Of a DNA stretch of 52,372 bases, positions 1 to 9,315 are shown in pieces. Location: the IMG/VR virus record IMGVR_UViG_3300020416_000009, positions 1 to 52,372 of that record. One strand, 5' to 3'. The notes under the pieces are model-generated. The model did not search any database. It saw only the letters and a program-made list of their open reading frames with translations, and was not told where the DNA came from. Position numbers and translations under genes: made by a program. Source of the DNA: a virus. Taxonomy: Duplodnaviria; Caudoviricetes. The first letter of the stretch is position 1. Every line of letters begins with the position of its first letter.

Positions 1-2
1 CA

Positions 3-113
3 ACTCTAGCTGAAAAGCTAGTTGAGCAGTTCCCCAAGACTGCCGATTACTTCTCCTCTTATCTAGAGGCCCACCTTCAGGACAAGGTTGTCCGTGAAAA
101 CGAGTCTGCCTAG
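3..113 (+). CDS. 3' end of a hypothetical protein (truncated by the window edge)
   Basis: Open frame TLAEKLVEQFPKTADYFSSYLEAHLQDKVVRENESA* ends 12 nt before a same-strand tRNA. Confidence 0.5.
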   Translation, partial: TLAEKLVEQFPKTADYFSSYLEAHLQDKVVRENESA

Positions 114-125
114 GGAGCAGACAAA

Positions 126-201
126 GCCTTCGTAGCTCAGGGGATAGAGCAACGGTCTTCTAAACCGTGGGTCAGAGGTTCGAATCCTCTCGAAGGCACC
201 A
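126..201 (+). tRNA. tRNA-Arg (anticodon UCU)
   Basis: Cloverleaf: acceptor GCCTTCG/CGAAGGC, D arm GCTC/GAGC, anticodon stem ACGGT/ACCGT with loop CTTCTAA, T arm AGAGG-TTCGAAT-CCTCT, encoded ACCA end. Confidence 0.97.
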
Positions 202-327
202 TCTCTCGTGAAAAAAATTTCTGGAAAAAAAATTTTATAGCAAATCTCTGAGGTCCTCAGCACACATAGGACTATACAGCCGTCCCCGAGCGGTGCTGCC
301 GTACACCCGATATAAAGGGACCAATGA

Positions 328-633
328 CTATACTTCACCCTCTTCTTTTATCTCTAAAGTATCCATAGTCGCGATCTTAGTAGTATCACCGCCGTGAATA
401 GCATGTAACTCAGCGCGAAACTCTTCTCTCTTCTCCTTAGATACAAAGACAATAGTGTCCTCTACATGAGTCTCTGTTATATCTTTCCTATTGTACTCAG
501 TGATCCAATCATTAGCGACATACTTATTAAAGACGTCGATCGCAGTCTGCCCGTCTGCCTTACTCTGATCTAATACATTAGTACTATCCTTCAGGCTGTC
601 TCCCTTTATCTCTATAACCATTTGATATGCCAT
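328..633 (-). CDS. hypothetical protein
   Basis: 101 aa ORF tightly following the oxygenase gene; TATAAATA late-promoter motif upstream at 750-757. Confidence 0.7.
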   Translation of the reverse strand: MAYQMVIEIKGDSLKDSTNVLDQSKADGQTAIDVFNKYVANDWITEYNRKDITETHVEDTIVFVSKEKREEFRAELHAIHGGDTTKIATMDTLEIKEEGEV

Positions 634-636
634 TAT

Positions 637-1257
637 CTACCTCCACTGCATATTCTTTAATAGGGTCTCTACAGTACTCTCGTTGACCGCTACATTCATT
701 ACTAGAAATAGAGACGGATAGCAAGAGAATACTGTGTGCTCTATACATGTATTTATAAAGTAAGCACGGCCGTGTTCGAAATGTAATACCTCCCTATCCA
801 GCATAAAGAAGGTCGAGGGTGGATTGCAATCCTTTATAGGTATAAACAACCTCATGTTATTAACCTCCGCCTGACGGTCATCTCGATGAGGCGGGAAGTG
901 GCCTCCTTTACCCATCCTTATAAAATGAGACCGCCCTACGTGTCCCTTGAACGGCTCTAGAAACTCCTTTACTATAGGTGCTACTATAGTCTCCTTATTA
1001 AAAGAGTGTTCACCGAGCCTCACCTGGTGCTTTATACAGTACTCCCTTATAGAATCTAAGTCCGGGATCCCTGATAATCCGCCGTCTAAGGAGGTAACAC
1101 TCAACCCCTCACGGGCCACTTTTTTGCGAGGGTTATAGGGCTTCCATTCTTGCGAAAAAGTTTCAAGATTTTCTTGGATTTTTTGAGGGTCCATGTAGAG
1201 GGCCGTTGGAAATTTTTGACCATACTGTAATATACTAGTATAGAGGTTATTATTCAT
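637..1257 (-). CDS. 2OG-Fe(II) oxygenase (aspartyl/asparaginyl beta-hydroxylase-like)
   Basis: HxD motif (FPPHRD), distal His (INTCIEHTVF) and cupin-type spacing. Confidence 0.75.
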   Translation of the reverse strand: MNNNLYTSILQYGQKFPTALYMDPQKIQENLETFSQEWKPYNPRKKVAREGLSVTSLDGGLSGIPDLDSIREYCIKHQVRLGEHSFNKETIVAPIVKEFLEPFKGHVGRSHFIRMGKGGHFPPHRDDRQAEVNNMRLFIPIKDCNPPSTFFMLDREVLHFEHGRAYFINTCIEHTVFSCYPSLFLVMNVAVNESTVETLLKNMQWR

Positions 1258-1777
1258 CTGTTATTCCTTCTTTATTAGCTACGATATACTCTCCTGCATC
1301 TTGTTGTCGAGTACTATTACCGTGTTCTGTCCATCCTTCATATTTAAGATCATCTGGACGTGCATTACTGCAATGATCTCTACATGGAGACGGTATAGTA
1401 CTATAAGATCTCCATGATTCTGTTATTTTTTCATTAAAGAGAGGGTCTTTGATGATCTCTTTGATAGGTCTTTTCTCTACATTAAAGTCATCAAGCCTGT
1501 CTACATACTCCTGCATCTGTGGTATACTATTCACGAGCTTTTGGAATTGAAACGGGCCGCCTCCGAGACGGAACATCTCCTCGAAATATGTAGTGCTCCA
1601 GAAGCAGCATGGAAAAGCCTGACCGTGTGGATCGATTGATACTATACCGCGGTTAGCCCAGTCACAGGACACTTGAATTTTTTTCTTGCCCTTGATCCAT
1701 CTCTTCTTCAGAGCGATATCATGCTCTTTCAAGATCCTCTTTTTATTTTTACCCTGATAGTGTTTCGGCGATTTCAT
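1250..1777 (-). CDS. stand-alone SPASM/twitch Fe-S domain protein (partner of the adjacent radical SAM)
   Basis: C-x(9)-IDPHGQAFPCC...CRDHC motif; start placed at ATG 1777 (MKSPKH) with AGGA upstream. Confidence 0.7.
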   Translation of the reverse strand: MKSPKHYQGKNKKRILKEHDIALKKRWIKGKKKIQVSCDWANRGIVSIDPHGQAFPCCFWSTTYFEEMFRLGGGPFQFQKLVNSIPQMQEYVDRLDDFNVEKRPIKEIIKDPLFNEKITESWRSYSTIPSPCRDHCSNARPDDLKYEGWTEHGNSTRQQDAGEYIVANKEGITDE

Positions 1778-2465
1778 ATGTGCTCTTCCTGAGTATTGCT
1801 TGCTGTCCGTTCTCGTCTTTAAATCGAAATTCCATACCTCCGTCATGACCAAACTTTCGGTTGGACTTCTGAAAGTCAATCTCTCGAGCTCCCTTCTCGA
1901 GTGCCAGATCTCTTATCTCCTTGAGGTATTTTTCATTATGTTCAAACACGATACAGTGTGCTCGAGCCATGCCGCCACCGAGAGTAAATGATTCCATGTT
2001 CTCGAGTACCTTATCGAGCTCCGTCTTCCTTCTGTATCTTGCATGCATCTCGTTGTCGATACCGTCTATGTCAAATGTAATCTTCGAGAATACATCATAC
2101 TCGTTCATGTTTCTTCCGAGTGTATACCACCACATCGGCTCTCTCAGGCTGCCGTTTGTGTTGAGAGAGATCTCAACATCATTCTCGAGGAAGTAGTATA
2201 TGATCTTGTCTATGTCTTTGACCATCATGGGGTCACCCCAAGTACCGCATATTGTGGCCTTGAAGATGTTCGAGCCGGGTGGATACGCTCTCTTGACACG
2301 ATCGAGATTCCACATGACGTTAGGTATCCATACGTTTTTGTTCAATCCGCCGGCATACCAGTTGGTGCGATTGCACTGAGGGCAGCCCGCGTTACAGTAT
2401 GTACTCAAATCGAGATACACCGTAAGCTTCTCAATGTCTCTATATAATGTCATCGAACCACTCAA
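1749..2465 (-). CDS. radical SAM protein (core domain only)
   Basis: CxxxCxxC motif (CNAGCPQC), GTWGDP, NTNGSLR and FDIDG motifs. Confidence 0.9.
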   Translation of the reverse strand: MSGSMTLYRDIEKLTVYLDLSTYCNAGCPQCNRTNWYAGGLNKNVWIPNVMWNLDRVKRAYPPGSNIFKATICGTWGDPMMVKDIDKIIYYFLENDVEISLNTNGSLREPMWWYTLGRNMNEYDVFSKITFDIDGIDNEMHARYRRKTELDKVLENMESFTLGGGMARAHCIVFEHNEKYLKEIRDLALEKGAREIDFQKSNRKFGHDGGMEFRFKDENGQQAILRKSTYEIAETLSG

Positions 2466-4161
2466 ATCGTTTATTCATGACGTGATAGAACGCCGCGTTG
2501 GCCTCACGAACCTGTTCTTTATTCTGCTTCCAGTTTGGACACTGAAAATGCCAGAACTTATTGTCCAGATTCTCACAGTGCACGTTGTTTGACTTGACTC
2601 GATACGACATGACGGTCTCATTATCGTACCCGAATGACTTCTGGATCTGTGGAATATACATGGAAAACTCGTCTTCTCTGAGCTCGGTCATCTTCTTGAT
2701 CAGTCCCTCAAAATCATTGAAGTAACCGAGCTCGTCCATTTGCCGCCGTGAGGCACCAAATATTCCGGTATTATATACATCATTCTCACCCTCGATATCA
2801 TCATCCGACAGGAGTGCATGTGTATTCCAGTACTTTGCTGACGGTGATCTGTAGTGATATACATAATCTTCACCCTTCCAGTTGCTCAAGTCCAGTGCTT
2901 CTTTACTTGCCCAGTCTTTAAGTGTAGCGTCATAGTTACAAAAGATCGCGTTCTGACAGTTAAAAGCGTCAAAGAATGATACGTCGGTGTTGACTATTAC
3001 ATCAAAATCCATATAGAGTACGTTATCATATTTCTTCGTGAGTTCCTCCATGCACCATATCTTATAGAAATTTACCACATTATATTCACTCATGTCAGTC
3101 ATGCTCTTCATTGTTGCACGAAATATTTGGTATTTCTCATCATTCTGGAACAGTAAATAGTCCGCACCGATGGATCTTGCGTACTCACGCCTGTTGTTTT
3201 CCAGCCTGTCAAAGTACTCCAGGAAGTTGATTCTGGCTCTCTCGTTCTTATCAATATCGTCACCAGTAAAGTTGCCGGCGGCTTGCTGGAGTTCCGGAGG
3301 GATCTCTACGTGCAGTGAGTATATCACATTTCTCTTATTTCGGTAGTACGTGTCAAAGTTTTTATTGATCATGTGTAGGAATTTTGCATCACTTAGGTGC
3401 TTCTTGAGGTCCGTTTTTTCCCTCGTAATGGGGTCACATACAATACGATTGTCTAATCTTGTGTGCCAAGTACGGTCATCATGCTGTATTTCTACCTTAC
3501 TTTCTATCAACGCCGCGCTAAAAAAAGCCTCATTATTGTGTGTAAAATACTCATAGTCACGGCCAATCTTCCTTGCATATCCCTTTCCCTGTATAAAATC
3601 GTCTGTCTTTTGTATGTAGCCGGGTAGTTTTTTCATAAAATTTATCTTCTTTATGACCTTACCTGATCCACCCATGATAGCGGTATTGACTATGTCATTC
3701 TCTTTTCCTGACAGTAAGGCCTTCGCCAACAGATATTTTATTGTAGGTGTACGAGTTGTCTTATACAGCTGGAAATTTTGGTGATGTATGATATCATTCT
3801 GGTCTATACACCAGATTTTTTTTGAGAGATCTACCTCATCAAAAAAATTCTTATCGGTTTTTGGAATGACATCAAAATCGAGATATAAAACATTGTCATA
3901 TTTTTTACCGAGTTCTTCAAACATATAAATTTTATAGAGGTTTACGGCATCATATATCGTATTGATCGAAAATTTATGTTGAAATTCTTGGATGTATCCG
4001 ATCTTATCAAAAAAAATCCACTCGGCACCACATTTTTTTGCATATTCTTGTTTACATTTCAGTAAATCTTGTTTATATTCTAAAAAAGAAAGTAAATTAT
4101 TTTTTTCTTTAGGCCCTTCAAAATCAGGCTCTACGAATACACTAAAAATTATATTATTCAT
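2440..4161 (-). CDS. tandem two-domain glycosyltransferase (GT-A fold, DxD)
   Basis: Two internally homologous halves, each with EYA(K/R)xxGA and KKYDNVLY(L/M)DFDVI. Confidence 0.75.
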   Translation of the reverse strand: MNNIIFSVFVEPDFEGPKEKNNLLSFLEYKQDLLKCKQEYAKKCGAEWIFFDKIGYIQEFQHKFSINTIYDAVNLYKIYMFEELGKKYDNVLYLDFDVIPKTDKNFFDEVDLSKKIWCIDQNDIIHHQNFQLYKTTRTPTIKYLLAKALLSGKENDIVNTAIMGGSGKVIKKINFMKKLPGYIQKTDDFIQGKGYARKIGRDYEYFTHNNEAFFSAALIESKVEIQHDDRTWHTRLDNRIVCDPITREKTDLKKHLSDAKFLHMINKNFDTYYRNKRNVIYSLHVEIPPELQQAAGNFTGDDIDKNERARINFLEYFDRLENNRREYARSIGADYLLFQNDEKYQIFRATMKSMTDMSEYNVVNFYKIWCMEELTKKYDNVLYMDFDVIVNTDVSFFDAFNCQNAIFCNYDATLKDWASKEALDLSNWKGEDYVYHYRSPSAKYWNTHALLSDDDIEGENDVYNTGIFGASRRQMDELGYFNDFEGLIKKMTELREDEFSMYIPQIQKSFGYDNETVMSYRVKSNNVHCENLDNKFWHFQCPNWKQNKEQVREANAAFYHVMNKRFEWFDDII

Positions 4162-4345
4162 CTGGTCTATCTATTACCTTTGGCTTGCAGTATGCAGAAT
4201 AAGTATATGACTGCACTTTTTGTAGTGGTCTATTTATCTTATTTTCATACATCTCACATTTTTGTAGACTACCGTATATAAGTTCTTCATCGCTTATAGT
4301 TTCAGCTTGATTCATTATAACTAATACCCATACGAGTGTCTTCAT
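4154..4345 (-). CDS. small two-cysteine protein with hydrophobic N-terminus
   Basis: LVWVLVIM N-terminus, YGSLQKC...AYCKP; similar to 43707..43925. Confidence 0.7.
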   Translation of the reverse strand: MKTLVWVLVIMNQAETISDEELIYGSLQKCEMYENKINRPLQKVQSYTYSAYCKPKVIDRPDE

Positions 4346-4346
4346 C

Positions 4347-4601
4347 TTATCTCCAAGGTAGCATTGTCATACCGATATAATTTAATCCTATCTCAATTAT
4401 GACTAACGCGATACCACCACCAATAATCTGCCAGGCCCACCATTTCCAGCCGGTCAAGCTGTTGGCCCATTTCCTGATCTTTGATTCCTTAGCTTTCTTT
4501 TCAAGTCCACTTCTTCTAAATATTTTCTCTGCCCAATAGTTAGGGTCTAAAATATTTTTTAACATTATCAATGGCCAGAATATTATCTTTAATATTTTCA
4601 T
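4347..4601 (-). CDS. small membrane protein
   Basis: Trp-rich segment and C-terminal hydrophobic helix; tight packing with neighbours. Confidence 0.7.
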   Translation of the reverse strand: MKILKIIFWPLIMLKNILDPNYWAEKIFRRSGLEKKAKESKIRKWANSLTGWKWWAWQIIGGGIALVIIEIGLNYIGMTMLPWR

Positions 4602-5248
4602 TTGCCTATTACCATATGTCTGAGATATGGCCCTTCCTTTCCTTGAAATTCTCTTGACTCATTATAATATACATCATTTAACATACACTGTTCTGCCAAC
4701 TCATCCGATGTTTCATGTATATTTATGTGCTCTAATTCTGACTGATTATTATTGCTCTGTGCAATTACAAGAGTATCATCAGGCCTGGCCTTCATCATCT
4801 CAAAAAATCTATCTGGTGGAATATGTTCTGAACTGGTTGTACATAAAATAGTATACCAGTCTTTATTTTCAAGGTATCTTTGTACACCGTCCATGAGATA
4901 CCATGATGGTTGTGGATCAAGGTCAGCTACAAGTCTTTCACCAATAATTTTTGTGTATGGATCGAGATCGCAGTTGTCTATCGTACATTTCGATTCATGT
5001 CTTATCATATATGACAACACACCGTACCATGATCCTACAATACACATCTTATCTTCATCATCAAGAAGATGTCCTGCCTCATCCATCAGCCATAGCTTGC
5101 TTTCAATTTGATTATGATTAACAGAGTCATATAGATCTACTATACGAAACAGATCCATTGACTCGTCATACTGAGAGTCTTTGTAGTGTTGATGTCCTAC
5201 ATCAAGCACTTTTCTGTACAGTGATTCCAAATTCATTGAAGTCAACAT
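4598..5248 (-). CDS. putative SAM-dependent methyltransferase
   Basis: Rossmann-like IVGSWYG, acidic DLD after beta2, CTTSSEHI motif. Confidence 0.65.
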   Translation of the reverse strand: MLTSMNLESLYRKVLDVGHQHYKDSQYDESMDLFRIVDLYDSVNHNQIESKLWLMDEAGHLLDDEDKMCIVGSWYGVLSYMIRHESKCTIDNCDLDPYTKIIGERLVADLDPQPSWYLMDGVQRYLENKDWYTILCTTSSEHIPPDRFFEMMKARPDDTLVIAQSNNNQSELEHINIHETSDELAEQCMLNDVYYNESREFQGKEGPYLRHMVIGK

Positions 5249-5816
5249 TATTCCAACTTTCTATTGCAGCATCCTCAATAGGCGATTCAACCCTTGATAA
5301 GATGCCATCATCATGTATTCCATAAAAGATCTTTTCATTATATATGAACCCGTCAATACCCTTATATTTTCTCATAAAATAATCACGATTCGTGTTGAAG
5401 TGATTCCATATATGTGTTTGCTCATGATTGGTCCATGCTAATACTGATGAATTGACTACCGTGTCAAATGCATGAGGTATGTAATATTTTTTCTCATGTC
5501 TTTTCCAGTATGCCGACACCATGTAAAGTTTATCAAATCGAGTTAAGTATCGACTTGGATCATGATTAACTTTGATGTCAAGATCGAACAATAAACATTC
5601 TCCTTTTGCAGGAAAATCTTCTGAAAACAATGCAAGTTTATTCCACCACTTTCTGAGGTGTGTATCAATATGAATACATTCTATGTCTACACCTTTTGGA
5701 TCATCTGTATAACAAATAAACCTTGCATTAGGATAGTATTTATAGAGACTATGATATAAGTTATTCACATGAAGAGACTTATATAATGTCCCTTCCTTCA
5801 CAAAAATTATGTTCAT
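5202..5816 (-). CDS. putative glycosyltransferase
   Basis: CYTDD, WWNKLALF, LLFDLD, NSSVLAW and GIDGFI motifs of small phage GT-A proteins. Confidence 0.7.
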   Translation of the reverse strand: MNIIFVKEGTLYKSLHVNNLYHSLYKYYPNARFICYTDDPKGVDIECIHIDTHLRKWWNKLALFSEDFPAKGECLLFDLDIKVNHDPSRYLTRFDKLYMVSAYWKRHEKKYYIPHAFDTVVNSSVLAWTNHEQTHIWNHFNTNRDYFMRKYKGIDGFIYNEKIFYGIHDDGILSRVESPIEDAAIESWNNVDFNEFGITVQKSA

Positions 5817-6454
5817 TTATCAATTACTTCTATACTCTTTTCAAATGATGGATAAGTTATGCGATCGTCATAATGGTGTTGTCTTATATTTTTATCATGG
5901 TTATGATAGCCTATTCCTATCATATTTATGATGTCATGATCTATATCTAATATTTCTTCTGTTTCATGTCTTCTGTGTTGTGCATTATATATGCCTGTTC
6001 TATAACCTAATATATTCGCAGCCAAAGCCAAATATCCTATTGCAATACCTACAGACTTTTCTTCATCTTCTTTAGCAACTTTATTTTTTGTATTATCTTT
6101 TCCATCTACTATACCCATATTGTATTCTGCTTCAGTCCTAGCTCTTTCGCCATAATCTCTATTACTTACAAAAGCTATAACCAAATTTGCAAGAATTTGA
6201 GGATTACTGATTGCAAGATATGGATCATATCTGGCTGTAAAACTGTCAGACGTGTTGTGTATACGTTCGATAATATCTCTATCTTGAATAAACACTGCTT
6301 TATAAAATACTCGGTTTTGTTTACTAGGACATGTCTTTACAATATATTTAAATGTTTCAATGTCTCTTTCAGGTATTGACTTAGATAGGTCCCAGTTCCT
6401 TTGACACCATGCCGATTGTTCTATAAGTTGTTCTAATATATGATTCTCTATCAT
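5813..6454 (-). CDS. nitroreductase-family protein
   Basis: CQRNWDLSKSIP, CPSKQN, GIAIGYLALAANILGYRTG and IGIGY motifs. Confidence 0.8.
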   Translation of the reverse strand: MIENHILEQLIEQSAWCQRNWDLSKSIPERDIETFKYIVKTCPSKQNRVFYKAVFIQDRDIIERIHNTSDSFTARYDPYLAISNPQILANLVIAFVSNRDYGERARTEAEYNMGIVDGKDNTKNKVAKEDEEKSVGIAIGYLALAANILGYRTGIYNAQHRRHETEEILDIDHDIINMIGIGYHNHDKNIRQHHYDDRITYPSFEKSIEVIDK

Positions 6455-7149
6455 CCGATAAACTTACTGTGATGTATTAGCACCACTCTTTCAGACCACT
6501 TTCCATCTACATTTAATATATCACCGTCAGTTGCATCATAATAAGCAGCATTTAAATCTAATGAATTTTGTTCTTTCCAACGAGCTGCTAAATGTGCAGG
6601 CGCCTCTATGTGTAAACCAACCGCATCACTTACAAAATTTTGCTCACCAAAATAAGGTATTGTGACTATACCTTCTTGCCAGTATTTAGTCATCCATCTC
6701 ATAGGATCTCTATAAAATATATCATATACTTCTGTAAGAGTATTTGCATGCCACTTATAGAATCCACCGTCGAGTTCACATGTCGGTTCAAGCGTCCACC
6801 ATTTACTTAATGATCCTATTGCATTTTCTGGAACATCCATATCAAAAAGAGGTGTAGGATCATTGATAATCTCTTGATCAATATCCATTACGATACACAT
6901 ATCACCCTTTGAATATTTAACAAAATCTTTTTTAAAAAAATCTATTTTATACCATGCTTCACGGATAGACGGATTACTTTCTCTATCAAGTTTTATTTTT
7001 TTGATACCAGAAGCGAGCTTATCTTTCTTATCTGTATAACAGTAGAAAGTAAACTCGCTCTTATAATATTTTTTGATTTGTTTGTATAGATTGTTTACGT
7101 TGTCTTTTGTAAACTTACTTCCATAATATAACGTAAATATATGTAACAT
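6451..7149 (-). CDS. putative glycosyltransferase
   Basis: CYTD, WYKIDFF, MDID and GEQNFV motifs; paralogous to 5202..5816. Confidence 0.7.
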   Translation of the reverse strand: MLHIFTLYYGSKFTKDNVNNLYKQIKKYYKSEFTFYCYTDKKDKLASGIKKIKLDRESNPSIREAWYKIDFFKKDFVKYSKGDMCIVMDIDQEIINDPTPLFDMDVPENAIGSLSKWWTLEPTCELDGGFYKWHANTLTEVYDIFYRDPMRWMTKYWQEGIVTIPYFGEQNFVSDAVGLHIEAPAHLAARWKEQNSLDLNAAYYDATDGDILNVDGKWSERVVLIHHSKFIG

Positions 7150-7695
7150 TTAACTCATCAACTTAACAGCATGCCTCATCATTTCGATTGGTGTCTTTGC
7201 TTTTCTTAAAGAAGCCTTTGTCTTTGTGTCTTTATGATCTTTTATTTCTTGTAAGTCAAATAAGTATAGTTTAGTCATAAACATAAATTCTTTTACTTTT
7301 CTGTCTTTAGGTACGTCATTACTAAACATTGTATTTGAAATATCTTTATATATTTCTTCTCTTAGTTGGCGCTCAGTTTTAATCTGAACTTGTTCATCTT
7401 TTTGTTTTTCGTACTCATTCTTTGGAATCCATCCTTCTTCTTGACCTATCTTGATAGCTGCTAACTCAAAATCACGTCTTTGTTGTCTATTTCTTTCTGC
7501 CGTTGCATCAATAATATCATCAAAGTTTATCTTACCGAGTTCTAACACCTCAAGGTATGCTTTATCTTTTGGGTCTACTTGAACATATTCCTGATACATT
7601 TCCTCATTATCTGGGTTTCCCCAAATGACTTCAATGGTGTCACGTTCAGGACTTGTAAAGACCGCGTCTATGAATACTTTATTTTTTAAGTCCAT
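7150..7695 (-). CDS. hypothetical protein
   Basis: 181 aa ORF in a tightly packed operon. Confidence 0.7.
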   Translation of the reverse strand: MDLKNKVFIDAVFTSPERDTIEVIWGNPDNEEMYQEYVQVDPKDKAYLEVLELGKINFDDIIDATAERNRQQRRDFELAAIKIGQEEGWIPKNEYEKQKDEQVQIKTERQLREEIYKDISNTMFSNDVPKDRKVKEFMFMTKLYLFDLQEIKDHKDTKTKASLRKAKTPIEMMRHAVKLMS

Positions 7696-7696
7696 T

Positions 7697-8605
7697 TTAA
7701 ATCCTTCTTATTCTTAAATGATTTGTAGAAACAGTTGTAGCCGAACCGCCTGGAAACTCTTGAGCTCGATAATCATTTGTATTTACAAATCTTGTTTGAT
7801 AGTTAGAACCATTCATTCTTGTATCAACCATTGCTGATCCTCTGTTGTTTCCACTACCATTGATACTATATCTTATATGTATGCCTGAGTAGTACTTCAT
7901 ATTAAGATTCATAAATGTACCAAAGTTAGATGCAGATATTGATTGAACATCTCCACCACTTGTTATCTGAGCCGGTAGAGTTACTGAAGGCGTTCCTCCA
8001 AAACCTTGATTTACACCATGAAGATAGTAGTTAGTAATTGTGGTTGGCTGATCATTTGTTTCTGCTATTCCGCCTGCAGTGTATGCACCTACATTTGCAC
8101 GAGTATCAGTAAAAACCGGTACATTGCTTTGTAATGACATACCTGATACTGATGTAGATGTACTAATTCTATACGTACCATCTCTATCTGTTCCATCAAC
8201 AAGCATATCAATTGCTGGAGAAAAGATAGTGTCAAACATATCAGTGTTAGTCATTGCTCTTACATCATTTCCATCATAGTAACAAAAGTTAGATACACCA
8301 CTATCAGTTTGTACTGAACCTAAACCGCTTGTTTCAGAAAATCTATTATATGCAATTGAAATGTTTGCTGCATCACCTGTTTCACCAGATGTTGGAAACC
8401 TATCAACTCTTGTTAATGCAATACCAGCAATTAAACGATTGTCATTTATTGTTCCTAAATTTCCACCGCTAGCAACTACTTGAAGAACTGTTCCAACACT
8501 AGACGCATGCCAAAATACCGCAGCATCTTTAAGTACATTAATTTGTGCCGTGGTCATTTCTTGAAGATCGCCACCATTGATAAAGAGAGGTGTTCTTACT
8601 GCCAT
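7697..8605 (-). CDS. putative virion structural protein
   Basis: Gly/Ser/Thr/Asn-rich; internal repeat (VDRFPTSGE / AQEFPGGS); lies in the tail/baseplate late operon. Confidence 0.6.
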   Translation of the reverse strand: MAVRTPLFINGGDLQEMTTAQINVLKDAAVFWHASSVGTVLQVVASGGNLGTINDNRLIAGIALTRVDRFPTSGETGDAANISIAYNRFSETSGLGSVQTDSGVSNFCYYDGNDVRAMTNTDMFDTIFSPAIDMLVDGTDRDGTYRISTSTSVSGMSLQSNVPVFTDTRANVGAYTAGGIAETNDQPTTITNYYLHGVNQGFGGTPSVTLPAQITSGGDVQSISASNFGTFMNLNMKYYSGIHIRYSINGSGNNRGSAMVDTRMNGSNYQTRFVNTNDYRAQEFPGGSATTVSTNHLRIRRI

Positions 8606-8607
8606 GA

Positions 8608-9315
8608 TTAAGATCCCGGTGATCTAAGCGTCTTTATTATCGTACCCGATGAGTTTCTGATATTTAAAGTTACCGTACTGTTAAAGTCTGCACTGACTAT
8701 GGTATTATCTGCAATCTTTGCTGAAGTCACCGCACCTGTTCCAATTGTTAATGCACCACTTGATGCGAGTGTTGCGTCACCTGATACTGCTACTTCTTCA
8801 TAACTTGTATTATCACCTACGAGTATTTTACCTGCAGTATTGTCTGGCATTTTTAAGGTGTCCATATCAACTTCACCGGTAACATTAACACCTGTTGCGG
8901 TTGTAGCTATTTTTGATGCTCCGTTATGAGCTAGTGTAACTGCACCACCGTCTACTGCTACAATATAATCTGCTGTGTTACCTGCATTAGAAAGATTAAC
9001 CTGACTGCTAAGTACCCTTAATGCACCTGTGCCGGCATCTTTGATAAATGAATTACTTCCATCATGATAAAGTAATAGATCATCACCATCACCTATCCTT
9101 ATTGATGGACCATCACCTGCTGCATTTGTAGAGTCTGCAATGTCTATCTTAGTAAATTCTTCACCAGCTCTTAGTTCATTTAAACAACTTACTAAATCAG
9201 ATCCAGTGAAACCTGCATCTAAACTTGCAAGATCTCCTTGGTTAGTACCAAGTGTATTTGTCTTTGTTCTCCACTGATCAAAGGTGTCTGTAAGTGCTAC
9301 ATTTATTATTGCCAT
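8608..9315 (-). CDS. putative tail fibre/whisker-type structural protein
   Basis: N-terminal TDTFDQWRTKTN fibre-type motif, GDGDDLLLYHDGSNSFI repeat, AVTSAKIAD motif. Confidence 0.6.
   Translation of the reverse strand: MAIINVALTDTFDQWRTKTNTLGTNQGDLASLDAGFTGSDLVSCLNELRAGEEFTKIDIADSTNAAGDGPSIRIGDGDDLLLYHDGSNSFIKDAGTGALRVLSSQVNLSNAGNTADYIVAVDGGAVTLAHNGASKIATTATGVNVTGEVDMDTLKMPDNTAGKILVGDNTSYEEVAVSGDATLASSGALTIGTGAVTSAKIADNTIVSADFNSTVTLNIRNSSGTIIKTLRSPGS

Noticed and set aside
63-338. 91-aa minus-strand ORF
   Set aside because: Antisense to the tRNA-Arg; its translation is a tRNA shadow
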